Of a DNA stretch of 64,000 nt, positions 14,701 to 26,700 are shown piece after piece. This DNA comes from Phoronis australis. Lineage: Eukaryota > Animalia > Phoronida. The stretch's first letter is position 1. Every line of letters starts with the position of its first letter. Location of the stretch: positions 555,871-619,870 of the forward strand of contig NMRA01000172.1 in the NCBI GenBank assembly GCA_002633005.1. The letters are read 5' to 3'. The position numbers and the translations under genes are program-made. The notes under the pieces were generated by a model, which did not search any database, was not told the origin of the DNA, and worked only from the letters and a program-made list of their open reading frames with translations.

Positions 14701-17700
14701 GCATGTTCCACATTACATGGGCACATTCTGTGACAGTCATAACTAGCATAGCTTTAAGCAGTTATTTCTTATGTAACCACTGGAAAGGAGAACAAAACTA
14801 TCAGTTGGGACATGTTGGGCTTAAGATTGACACTAATGAAGGAGTATATTTTGCCATCTTTGGTAATGGAAGTGAACAACTTTCTACAGGCAAACTTGGC
14901 ATAGGATTAGAGCAACACGATAAAGAAGAGTGCAGTCATGCCATCAAGAGACCAGGACTGGATTCTGAGGGGTTCTGCAAAGAATGGAAAAACAAAGCTA
15001 GGCTGGAAATAAACCAACTGCCATGGAGTGCTGACTGTTACCAAATTACGTGGCAGGCTTTGGCAGCTGGCACTGTACTAGAAGACTGCTTTGACGTCAA
15101 CAACAAAGTGCGCTGGTTCGGCGGTGGGGAAACCTACAGTCAGCCATGGCCACTGCACCGAGACACGGTTACAATGCAGAGGTATGTTTCTGGAGATTTC
15201 GTTCCAGCACCCCACCAGCAATTTGGAGGTGTGATAGACAACTACTGGCTAACTTCAACAGGTGTTGGCATTTATGTCAGCGACAACGTTCCACTTTACC
15301 ACGGAAGTAATGCAAGCCATGTCTGCTTCCGGGCTATGAATGAAAAATGTCAATTCGGACAAAAATTACCACAACTGAACTACACTATGTGCCATGCAGG
15401 GAATATTGTAGAGACTCATAGGTTTATGAGTGAACATTTTATTGACAGACCCGAAGGCCATCCTGACGAACTAATGTTTCGTTATCCAATATGGTCATCG
15501 TGGGCAAGATACAAGACAGAAATCAACCAGACCACATTTCTGCAATTTGCCAAGGAAATAAAGAAATACAACTTTCCCAGCAGCCAGCTGGAACTAGATG
15601 ATGATTACACTACAGCCTATGGAGACTTTGTGTTCAACTATGATAAGTTTCCAGAACCAAAAGCCATGCTACAGGAAATTCATGAGTTGGGATACCGTAC
15701 TACATCGTGGATCATACCCTTTGCAAACCTAAACTCTAAAGCATTTGAGGAGGGTTCTCATCATGGCTACTTTTTGATGAACGAAGCCAATAAGGTGCCT
15801 CTGCTGGTGAAATGGTGGCAAGGAACTGGTGCTATTATAGATCCAGCCAATGAGGAGGCAGTTCACTGGTGGACTAAGCAACTGAACAAACTCAAGCAAT
15901 TTGGGCTCGACTCCTTCAAGTTCGATGCAGGTGAGGTGTGTTATCTGCCGCAGCAGTACTTAGAAGACAATCCTTCTAGAAACCCAGGCTTTTTCACTAG
16001 GGATTATGTAAAAATGGTGGCCAAATTCGGCACACAGGTTGAAACACGGGTTGGATTCAGAAGTCAGCGGCACCCAGTGTTTGTTCGCATGTTGGACAAA
16101 GATTCAAAATGGGGCTACAACAATGGACTACGGACGTTAATTCCAACTGCGCTACTCTTTAGTCTTCTAGGATATCCATTTATCTTACCAGATATGGTTG
16201 GAGGGAACGGGTATGGAGAAGAAGTTCTTCTCCATTCAAGCGTTCTCCCACAGAAAGAGCTGTTCATTCGCTGGCTACAGGTCACAACATTCCTCCCCTC
16301 TATTCAGTTCTCTTTTGTGCCATGGCAGTACGACAGTGAAACTATCGAAATATCTCGAGACATGGTACATCTGCATTCACAATATGTGGCGCCACTGTGC
16401 ATTAGACTGGCACAAACAGCAGCAGAAACTGGTGAGCCAATTATTCGTCCTTTATGGTGGATTGCACCCACAGACCCTATTGCTGTGGAAATAGATTCTG
16501 AATTTCTGATTGGTAATGATGTTTTGGTAACACCAGTACTTGATGAAAGCGCTCGAGAAAGAGATATTTACATCCCAGAAGGACAATGGAAGAATATGAT
16601 CAATGGTCAAATATATCAAGGGCCTCAGTGGCTATTCAAGTTTCCAGTCGCTCTGAATGAGGTCATTTATTTTGAGAATTTGGGAAATGAGGAAGAATGA
16701 CTACAATTCTCTATAAATATGGAGTAATGTCCTCACTTGTATCAGTCACCAGCTTATCAAAGTTTGGCATACCCAGATGGAGCAGAAACTAATTCAGGAG
16801 CTAGGCTCAAACGATGTTCTCTGATTTGGCTGCAGCCGATATGTAAATACACGGGACAGAATATGCATTATGTCATTGTTCAGAAAAAAACACACACAAA
16901 GAATCCTACGCTGACATCATCACCAGTCCAGTTTGATCAACAGCACTCAAGTTCAAAGAAACCATCTCCAGCTTCATCTGATGACATGGTTAGCTGTGAC
17001 TGGAGATTAACTTAATATTATGTAATTAGGCGGGAAATTGTCCATCATAAACAGTGTTATAATTACTGGGAGTGACAATAGTATTATTTTTTAAATTTCC
17101 ATAATCATAATCAAATTTTTAATGGCATGTTTCAATAGTTGGTAAAAAATGCACCAGTTTAGTTTTTGAATTATGAAAATCGGAAAGAAATGTGACGATT
17201 ATAACCTATAAGAGGAAAGTAATCCATGGCCAGAATTCAGCTCCATTAAATTTCAAATTGGTGGTTACCAGACATAATGGACCAATTACCACGGCCACAA
17301 ACCAGCAGCTGGACAGTGATGAAAGCCAAGTGTTATTCTACAGTTCTGGGCATGATGTTTGCAGCAGCATGATAAAATCAGGTCACTCCACAATCAATTT
17401 GAGATAAATTAACACATAACCATCAATTTCAAGAGAGATATTTTAGTTGCAGAACTAAACTGAGATTGAAGTCAAGAGAACCAATGCCCAGGGTTCTGCA
17501 GTTCTCAAAATTAATTAAAGGCGAAGGCAACCTTCTTCCATGTCATTTTGAGCTAAAATAAGGTTGGTTGGTTATCCTAGACATATTTTCCACTTAATTA
17601 CAGCTTTTCGTAATTTTATTAATTACTCGTCCGCTACTCCGGAAGTGACGTTTTAGGAGGCAAGCGTTTCCCGCCACTTGGTTTTGCGTTGACTTTACCG

Positions 17701-20700
17701 TGCGAATCTGTTCTGTTCCACTTTTATTTTGTGCTGTTTTTTAACAATTGTCGCCACCACTTTCCATCGGCGAGTACTCTGCGGCAAGATAGGTTAGTAG
17801 AGAACTCAACTACCTTGGATTTAGGGATTGTTTAGTGTGTTGTAAGCTGAAAATGGCTGGAGTCGGTGACCAGTATCACAGTGACAGTAGTGTGAGTGAC
17901 GGAGACCTTGTTCACAGTAGTGGTGACGAGGAATTTTTTTAACGGACATTCAGTGGGTGGGTACATGTTTGAGCCCGAGTATAACGAGTCAGAGTACGCA
18001 TAGGCACAGGCCGCTGTTGAGAGAAACGAGGCGGCTACTGAGGACAGACGTGGTGACACATCTTGGTGCAAATGCACTGTGTGCGTTGTTATGCCTACTT
18101 CAATGGAATGCTTGTGCTGTTCAGAGTTCAACGAGGCCAAGCCACTACTGGACATGGTTAAGTGGACCTCCAGCATACCACGGATAGAGGAACAACTGTC
18201 CCACTTGCCAGAGTGTCCCGCGACCTAACACTCCCAATGGATGGTGACCTGAGCACCCAAACTGCTTACATCGTGCCGTGTGACTCCCTCGCCACACACC
18301 TGGCACCTTTTAAATAGACAAGTCCACAATAAACTTATCAAAGTTTGGCTCACCGATCTGTTCACTGAACGACGAACTGTCCTCTTCACTGGGTGTCGAA
18401 CTGGGCCTGTAATCACTCCCACTACTCAATATTGCTGCAGGGCTGCTTAGATGCCCTAGGCTGGAGAAAACATCACAGGGCGAATCACCACTGGTTCCAG
18501 GAATTGCACGCTCTGGGGTACGTTCGGAGGCATGGGTGACAGTAGATGAAGTGCCTCCACTCGCTCCAGTCACTGTACTGGCCACAGCTCGCGAGGCTTC
18601 TCGCTTCAAAAACGCACTTCTCGGGGGTGGCGACGGGGCACTGCCGGGAATCAACACAGACGGAATGGCATCCTTCTTCAGNCGGCAGCTCTCACAGTCA
18701 GACTATATGAAAAGAAATTGGCGCGAAATGCTTGCCTCCTAAAACGTCACTTCCGCAGTAGCGGACAAGTAATTAATAAAATTACGAAAAGCTGTAATTA
18801 AGTGGAAAATATGTCTAGGATAACCAACCAACCTTATTTTAGCTCAAAATGACATGGAAAAAAGGTTGCCTTCGCCTTTAAGAGAGGGCAGAACCATGCT
18901 AGACTGCCAATAGGGAGATCATGCGCTAGTAGCCAAAAGCTATCACAGGGATTGTATTCTTATATGACAGCCGGTGACAGATTTTTTTATAATTAGAGGT
19001 TGTTTCCTGCACTTAAGAAAACCCTTTGATGAAATATTAAGTAATTTAAAGAATTATTGAACTATGCATAGTAGCAATTAAATCTGATAGTAGCAGACAC
19101 CAAAAGTAGCTTATATTACCAAAGAATGATTGCCAAAACCAAATTTTGTGGCTAAACAAATTAAAAGAGAATTCAGCACCCATTTATAACAGAATGTGGA
19201 GAACCTTGGTGCCTAAGAATTCAATGCATGATTACACAAAAATGTGAAATAGTGGTACAATGGTTTGTTTTTCTCCAACCATAAAAGACATTGCATACTT
19301 GCCTAGACATGTATTTTAAATGCAAAGCAGTTTCAAAATTCTGGCACTGCGAAGGTTTCACAGTATCACAATTATTGCTAATATTTCTAAGTCTGGTCAC
19401 CACGCCACCTGTGGACATATCATGTGACCTAATGAATATCAAGTCTGAAAAGATTTCTGTCCTAACTGGGACTTGAACGCACGACCTTCTGCTAACGGTG
19501 CAGAAGCTCTAGTCTACTGAGTTTTTGGAACCACTGGTCAAACACAGAAATCCAATTAGACTTAGTAGTGGGCATCTCGCTCTTGATCTCCTGAGTGTAT
19601 ACAAATATTTAAATCTGAAACCAGCGTTTAAATGTGAAATTCACAGCAAATACTAAGCACTGTACGTAATACTAAGATTGGATTTTGAACAAGCGGATGA
19701 CGTCACGCTCTGACAGAAATCAAGCGAACGGACATCTACTTAATATCTAAACATGAAAACAAGAAATGAGACACCACACTTGTTACATCTATCACTGCTA
19801 ATAGTGAATATGTTAGTATAACATTGAAAGAGGATCTGCCCGAGTGCTACATCATAGAACAAAATATAGCATAACATGACACTTACGGTGGAGAAATAGC
19901 ATATCTTCTTGGTGACCTCACAAACATACTCCTCCGTAGACAGCTGGAGGGAGGTTCGTTTTCGACGCGTGCTTGGGAGGCTACTCTCGGGTTCAGCTGT
20001 CTGTTGCTCAGAATGTTTCAGACCAACTGACAAAAGTTTTGCCCGGTGATCAAGTTCATCCAGACTGAAAAAGGATGCCAGAGGCTGCACAGTGATCCAT
20101 GACAAATGCAGCGAGTTTTGGCAGCAATTCTTAAAGTGGCTTTAACAACCTTATAGTTAGGCACCTTGTCAACATCTTTACGCAGTACGTAACAATACAA
20201 CATGTATCTGCAGAAAATAGGTTTTATTCTTTTCCTTTAAGCAAAATGGCATGATTTTATCAGGAGATCGTTACAAAATTTGATTCTATCATCATCTCTG
20301 CCGTCTGTCCTCAATCAACATTATCCGTGATACTCAGCTGCACAACAAAAGTAAGACTTTTAACAACTACTAACAAAGCGCTGGACTGTGGTCACTTTAG
20401 TTGTGGGTTTGAATCCATCATGGGAATGGCCCCAAATACACATCAACATTCCATCAATGTCACTTTAAAAGGCCTCTCCCAGTAGCTCCAAAGTTTCGGT
20501 TATAGCGAAACGTCCGTCAAATGGAACACTTAACTTTGGTCGAAGTCAAGGGAGCAAGATTACGCCAGAGTAAAGGGGTGGATTTAACAGCATCAATGAT
20601 TCGCTACAATGGGAATGTTTAACTTGGATGCCACAGAAGTTATCGCAGCACTGGTGTTCTAACATTTATCATTTTGGCAGTATCAGCATTCTGTTTCAAT

Positions 20701-23700
20701 TTATCCACATATTTGCTGCAATCATTTACATTACCAAAAAACACCAGTGAACACACACAAAACAAAATCCTGCCATACTGCAGTTATTCAGATCCACTAA
20801 TATAGCGCCACCTTGCAATAAGTTAATTTGATATTCAGCCACCTTTTGACAACTCCACTAAACTAGTTGTCTGAATAACTCAAAAGGTGATGCGAAAAGT
20901 GACGCTTCACTTCGCGGTTAACCACTGTTTATGAAAAAGGCTTCGATAGTAGTAAACTGCACGGAAAAGGGCAATGAGTGAGAATGCCCAGATTATGTCT
21001 TGTTATCAATTCAACAATAAGTCTATGAAGCAATTTGTAAACATTTAAAGCAAAAAGAACAACTAGTGTATCAACAACTTATAAATAACAGCATTATTAT
21101 TAATACAATTAATATTTAGTAACAATAACTGTTTCGATTAGATTAATTCTACCATAAAATAGTAAATACATTGATGCTGAGGTTGGCCAGTAGTGAAAGA
21201 TATCAAATAAACACAGAAAAATCAGGAACCCCAACTGGGAATCGAACCACTGGTCTCTAGACTGCCGGTCTGGTGCTCTTATCACTGAGCTAGTGAGGAC
21301 CCCATATCTGAGTGTGCAATTACTGTTTACAGCCAAGCGTTATGTAATTGTCCAAATCTCATAACGCTTGGCTGTAAACAGTAATTGCACAGATATCGGG
21401 GTCCTCAGTAGCTCAGTGGTAAGACCACTAGAACGGCAATCTAGAGACCTGTGGTTCTATTCCCAGTTGGGGTTCCTGATTTTTCTCTGTTTATTTGATA
21501 CATTTCACTACCATAAAAGTTTAATACCAGAAAATAATTATAATATTGTATCATTTATATATAATCATTATTACAGCACTGTGATCACACCTTACACTAC
21601 ACTTACATTGCTTTCTCCAATAAAGGCTGGACCACCTGCAGGGTACTTGCAGGGGTGCTGTCACTGGTTGCTAGGCGCCACAGCAGGTTGTCCATTGAAA
21701 ACAGCTCAGGCTCACAACTGTCTTGTAGCATCTACAAAACAAGTCAGTCGATGCTCAGCACAGATACCTCTGTATGACTTGGTCATCTGAGACAAGTCAG
21801 ATGATGCTCAGCACAGATACATCTGTATGACTTGGTCATCTGAGACAAGTCAGCTGATGCTCAGCACAGATACATCTGTATGACTTGGTCATCTGAGACA
21901 AGTCAGCTGATGCTCAGCACAGATACATCTGTATGACTTGGTCATCTGAGACAAGCCACCAGCTTCACCACTGCAGGAATAACAGTAACAACACATTTCA
22001 ACAGCAGATTTGAAAAAGAAAATTACTCAAGGGTTGAATTTTAACATTTTACAATCGTTGACAGCACTCTTGTAAGATGCAGGTGAAAATAATTTAATAA
22101 AGAAAATCATTGAAAATATTGGGCAAGAAAAAATTGAAGTGACACTTGCAAACTATTTACTGACTTAGTAAATGTTACTCAAACAGCATCAGAAAGGTCA
22201 ATGAGTATTTCCACAAGCTCACAAATATGCACTAGATTTGGGGAACTGTTCCATGCAACTGACCACTGAAGCCTAATAAAAATCACTTCTAGTATGAACA
22301 GCAACGAGTTGGGACCAGCTTTGACACAGTAAGTTGCCTAAATCAAATGACTTGTTTCGTGGAAAGCAGAGCAGTTTTAACAATTTTTTAACTAATGATG
22401 ATAAGTTGGGCTGTGTTAAAAGACAGTTGACAGACGGGTTTACATAGCCACGGTAAGTTCATTATGTTTAAAAGTGGAATATGCAGGCTAATTCCTTATC
22501 TGTGTGATTGCTTGACCAAATTAGATAGAAAGACAACAAGAAGTGAGGATGTGACGAAGTAGGGTGAAATTCTCAAATGAAGGAGCTTTGTGCCGAAAAT
22601 GATCCACCGCAAATCACTGAACCATGTCCAGTAACTATCGTGTCGTGGTGATGGGGAATAACACTGTATGATGCACGCTATGTAAGTCCGCGAGGTACGT
22701 CATTAGTGCAAAGGTCACCAATTTTCAGATTTTTTTGCTTTCAAGTTTACAAGTTGATAAATAAGTACAACTGCCCTTGGTTTAGTGTAGATTATGTTAA
22801 AGGCGAATGCCACCCGATTTAATTAGTCTTTTTTGCCGTCTTAATCGGTCTATTTCCACATCGCCTCGCATACGGTCGACCTTACCTTGCCAAGAGGTGT
22901 CGCGTTAACCTGTGAGGAAGGTGAGAAATGACGCTAGCGACATCAGTGGTTCACATGCAGAGTGAATGTCGCTATGTTGCGGTGTATCGTTCCCGCTTGT
23001 CCGAACTAAGCAGCCGCGAGGAAAGCGAGTATATCGTTTTTTTTACTTCCTCGAGAGTCCAAAATGCTTAGGAAGTGGCTCATGGTAGTGAAGTGAAATG
23101 TACGCTGTAAATAGCAAGTATGAGGCCCTGAAACATCTCCGTGTCTGTGGCCTGCAGGCGACGTCGACAGTGCCTCACGAATGCCGGCTTACCAAATAAC
23201 TCCATACGTTCTGTTGTCTGAGCTTGTTCACGGCGCCTCTCTATTATTTCATCACCGTATTCCTGTTCGAATTGATAAAACTTAACGATCCACCTGCGAA
23301 GTCGGTATTGATGAGCTGCTCTAGCTCGTCCTAAGTCGGGATTGCGAGTTGCCATGTTGGCGTTTATTACTGAGCGTTCTGTTTCAAAATGAATTATTCT
23401 CACCCTAACCAATACTTTATACAAAACTGAAACAAAATCTGTCTCATTAGATGCAATTTGTAATGCCTTTGGAGTGTTCGTGAGTGCATGAAATGATTTG
23501 AGAAGCCAGCAATAAATAAATCACTGAGTTACCGTCTTTAGGTGCAATAAAACTCAATCAATTGACGGACCACTGCGAGACCGTGTGAGCTCATGCTAAT
23601 TTAGTGTTTGCTGTCAGAAACTGTTGTGAAACAACTAGATTTCCACCCCACGACCAGGTGTTAGGGGAATCTTTATTTACATTTACATTACTCAAATAAT

Positions 23701-26700
23701 GATTGTCAATGTAGAACTTCTGCCCTGACGGTGCTGTGGCCAAAGCGGAACTGAATTCGCAGCCCACGACGAGTAAGTAGATTTGCAGTTTCGTGGCTAA
23801 TTCACCAACATAATCACGTGCACATTACTTTGGCTCACAAGTATAGTATTTTCTTGACTGGAAGTTTAGATTCCACTGAACTTTGGCTGGTTTGTTCGTG
23901 ATGTGTGATCAGTTTCCGAGCCACTGGCCAGGATAACGAGTCAATCTGGCCGGCCGCGACGGGCCTGATCGGGCTCCGAGCCACTGGCCAGGATAACAAG
24001 CGTTTTGTGTTTAGAACTCAGAAAATCACAAGTCTAAACAACACAGATCTAGGTTCTCCTGTCTGTATCTAACGGAAAATACTTCGAAATTATCTCCGAA
24101 CACACCCCAAACTGCTACGGACCTTATTGGCCTGCTGAACTTTGTAGGCTATGGTGAGTCCAAATACCAATAAATTCGTAAGAACGAAATAAAACAACAC
24201 GTTTTTGTAAGAACTCGGAGTATTTTTAAGGGTTTTGCATCGAAGTTTGATGATTTATTGGTGNCATCTGTATGACTTGGTCATCTGAGACAAGCCCAGC
24301 GATGCTCAGCACGTCAGATACATCTGTATGACTTGGTCATCTGAGACAAGTCAGCCGATGCTCAGCACACGGATACATCTGTATGACTTGGTCATCTGAG
24401 ACAAGCCACCTGCTTCACCACTGCACAAATAACAGTAACAACACATTTCAACAGCAGATTTGATTACTCACGGGCTGAATTTTAACATATTACAATCGTT
24501 GACAGCACTCTTGTAAGATGCAGGTGAAAATAATTCAAGAAAGAAAACCTTTGAAAATATTGAGCAAGAAAAAATCGAAGTGATACTTGCAAACTATTTA
24601 CTGACTTAGTAAATGTTACTCAAACAGCATCAGAAAGGACAATGAGTATTTCCACAAGCCCACAAATATGCAACAGATTTAGGGAACTGTTTCATGCAAC
24701 TGGCCACTGAAGCCTAATAAAAATCACTTCCAATATGAACAGCAACAAGTTGGGACCAGCTTTGACACAGTAAGTTGCCTAAATCAAATAAGTTGTTTCG
24801 TGGAAAGCAGAGCGGTTTTTAAGTTTTTTAACTACTCATGATAAGTAGGGCTGTGTTAAAAAACAGTTGACAGACGGGTTTACATATCCACGGTAAGTTC
24901 ATTATGTTTAAAAGTGGAATATGCAGGCTCATTCCTCATCTGTGTGATTGCTTGACCAAATTAGATAGAAAGACAACAAAAAGTGAGGATGTGACGAAGT
25001 AGGTTGAAATTCTCAAATGAAGGAGCTTTGTGCCGAAAATGATCCACCGCAAATCCCTGAACCATGTCCAGTAACTATTGTGTCGTGGTGATGAGGAATA
25101 ACACTGTATGATGCAGCCTATGTAAGTCCACGAGGTACGTCATTAGTGCAAAGGTCACCAATTTTCAGATATTTTTGCTTTCAAGTTTACAAGTTGTCAA
25201 TAAGTACAACTGCCCTTGGTTTAGTGCAGATTATGTTAAAACAGCATTGTTGTAGTTTAGTTCACTATACAATAATACAGTTAGGAGCACGTACTAAATG
25301 CATCTTTAAACAAACCTTAGCAGCCTGGACACCTAAACACAGCCAATCAGCTGTGCCAATATGAAGAGACTCGCTAATGCTGTAGCCACAGCTAACAGTG
25401 GCAGTGAATGTCTCGGGGAAGACAACCATGAACTCCCCTTCCTTCTGAATGGTACGACCCACTGTAACACCATACTTAGCCAGAGATAATGGGGACACCT
25501 AGAGAGAAGTGTTGTGGTTAGGGGTCATAGGCTCACACTGTAAAGCGAAAACACATTGACTTCTTCAAGATTCATTTACAAATTTGAGGAGAAATTCGTA
25601 CAAGTATGAGGCAAATTCCTGCAGCTTAGCACTTTGACATAAATTGAAGTGAGATGGAAATTCACTTCACACTTTATCTCATAAAAAGTCTGTCTCAAAC
25701 TGTCATAATGTGAAAATATAACTGCACGCTTAAATTTGTGAACTTGCAATCATTGACTTTACTCTCAAATTTGCCGACTGCCAGAATACCAGAGTTTTTG
25801 TAACTGAAAGAGGAATCAGATAGCATCATATCCTGCACGTGTCAACACCAGTGACTGTATATTACAGTCACAATGTTAATTGAAAAAACACAGCTTGGTT
25901 ACCCACAGGCAAATTTATTGGAATTCAGAACACCGGGTAAATCATGTCCCAGTGCAAACTTTTTTACGATTAAAATGTCAGCAGAAAAAAGTAATAAGAT
26001 TACTTCCTCACAATAATGGTCTGATATTGCGTGCACGAATTTTGAGAACCAGTTATCTCCACTGCATAACAGGATTAAACTGGTTCTCAAAACACTGGCA
26101 CGTTATATCAGACTATTGCCCTTCCTCACTAAATTCCACACGGGAACACCACTACTATGCCAACCTATATGGATATTGATCAATTAATCACAGAGGTACT
26201 GGAAGTTTTTTGGGACATTTGCTACATAAAAGTTTTACAACTTGTCAAATTTCTTACCATGGCGGTGTCTTCTGGCAGCCAGACTGGATTTTTACTGATT
26301 ACGTCTGGCACTAAGATGGTCATTGCTGTACGGAACTTAGTAACATCTTCTTTTGGAACACCATACCTGGAACATGAAGACATGTTAAATGAACAAGATA
26401 TTAAAATACCAACAAACAATTTGTAAAACGAGATACGAATTTAAAAGTAAACATGATACTAACTTGATATTCCCTGCTGCCAAGTTAAGTGGTGGGATGC
26501 CCAAACAACTAACGGTTACCATCAGACTTTTAACCACAAAAGCATACAACAACAGAAAGAAGAAATGAATCCCAGCTACTTAAGTACTGATGCATCTGTT
26601 TATTCCTTCAAAATAAGACAAGAATTATCCAGGTCGTCATGGTTACAGGCCAAGACACCAGTCAGACAGCGTGATGTTGAAAATAATTATAAATGTTTAT

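Larger units (their letters stand above)
17519..18877. mobile_element. Internally deleted Kolobok-type DNA transposon (TTAA TSD, ~160-bp TIRs) with convergent KolX/P2X7-ballast-like and THAP-transposase remnants
   Basis: TTAA at 17515-18 and 18878-81. Termini AGGCGAAGGCAACC...GGTTGCCTTCGCCT and near-perfect TIRs at 17519-~17676 and ~18719-18877. Coding remnants lie on both strands, and there is an N gap at 18682. Confidence 0.85.

Noticed and set aside
14703-16700. Bacterial horizontal transfer of an intronless glycosidase
   Set aside because: The type II anchor and motifs match animal MYORG, whose coding region is also essentially single-exon in vertebrates.
17853-18147. P2X7 purinoceptor gene
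   Set aside because: Only the ballast-like Cys motif is present, it is disrupted, it lies inside TIRs, and there is no P2X channel domain.
21223-21478. Two functional tRNA-Ala(GGC) genes
   Set aside because: Acceptor and anticodon stems are mispaired, GGC is not a normal eukaryotic Ala anticodon, and homology extends beyond the tRNA-like part, which fits a SINE head.
21739-21955. Palindromic repeats suggestive of a CRISPR array (also 59980-60103)
   Set aside because: Units are head-to-tail without unique spacers, there are no cas genes, and the context is eukaryotic.
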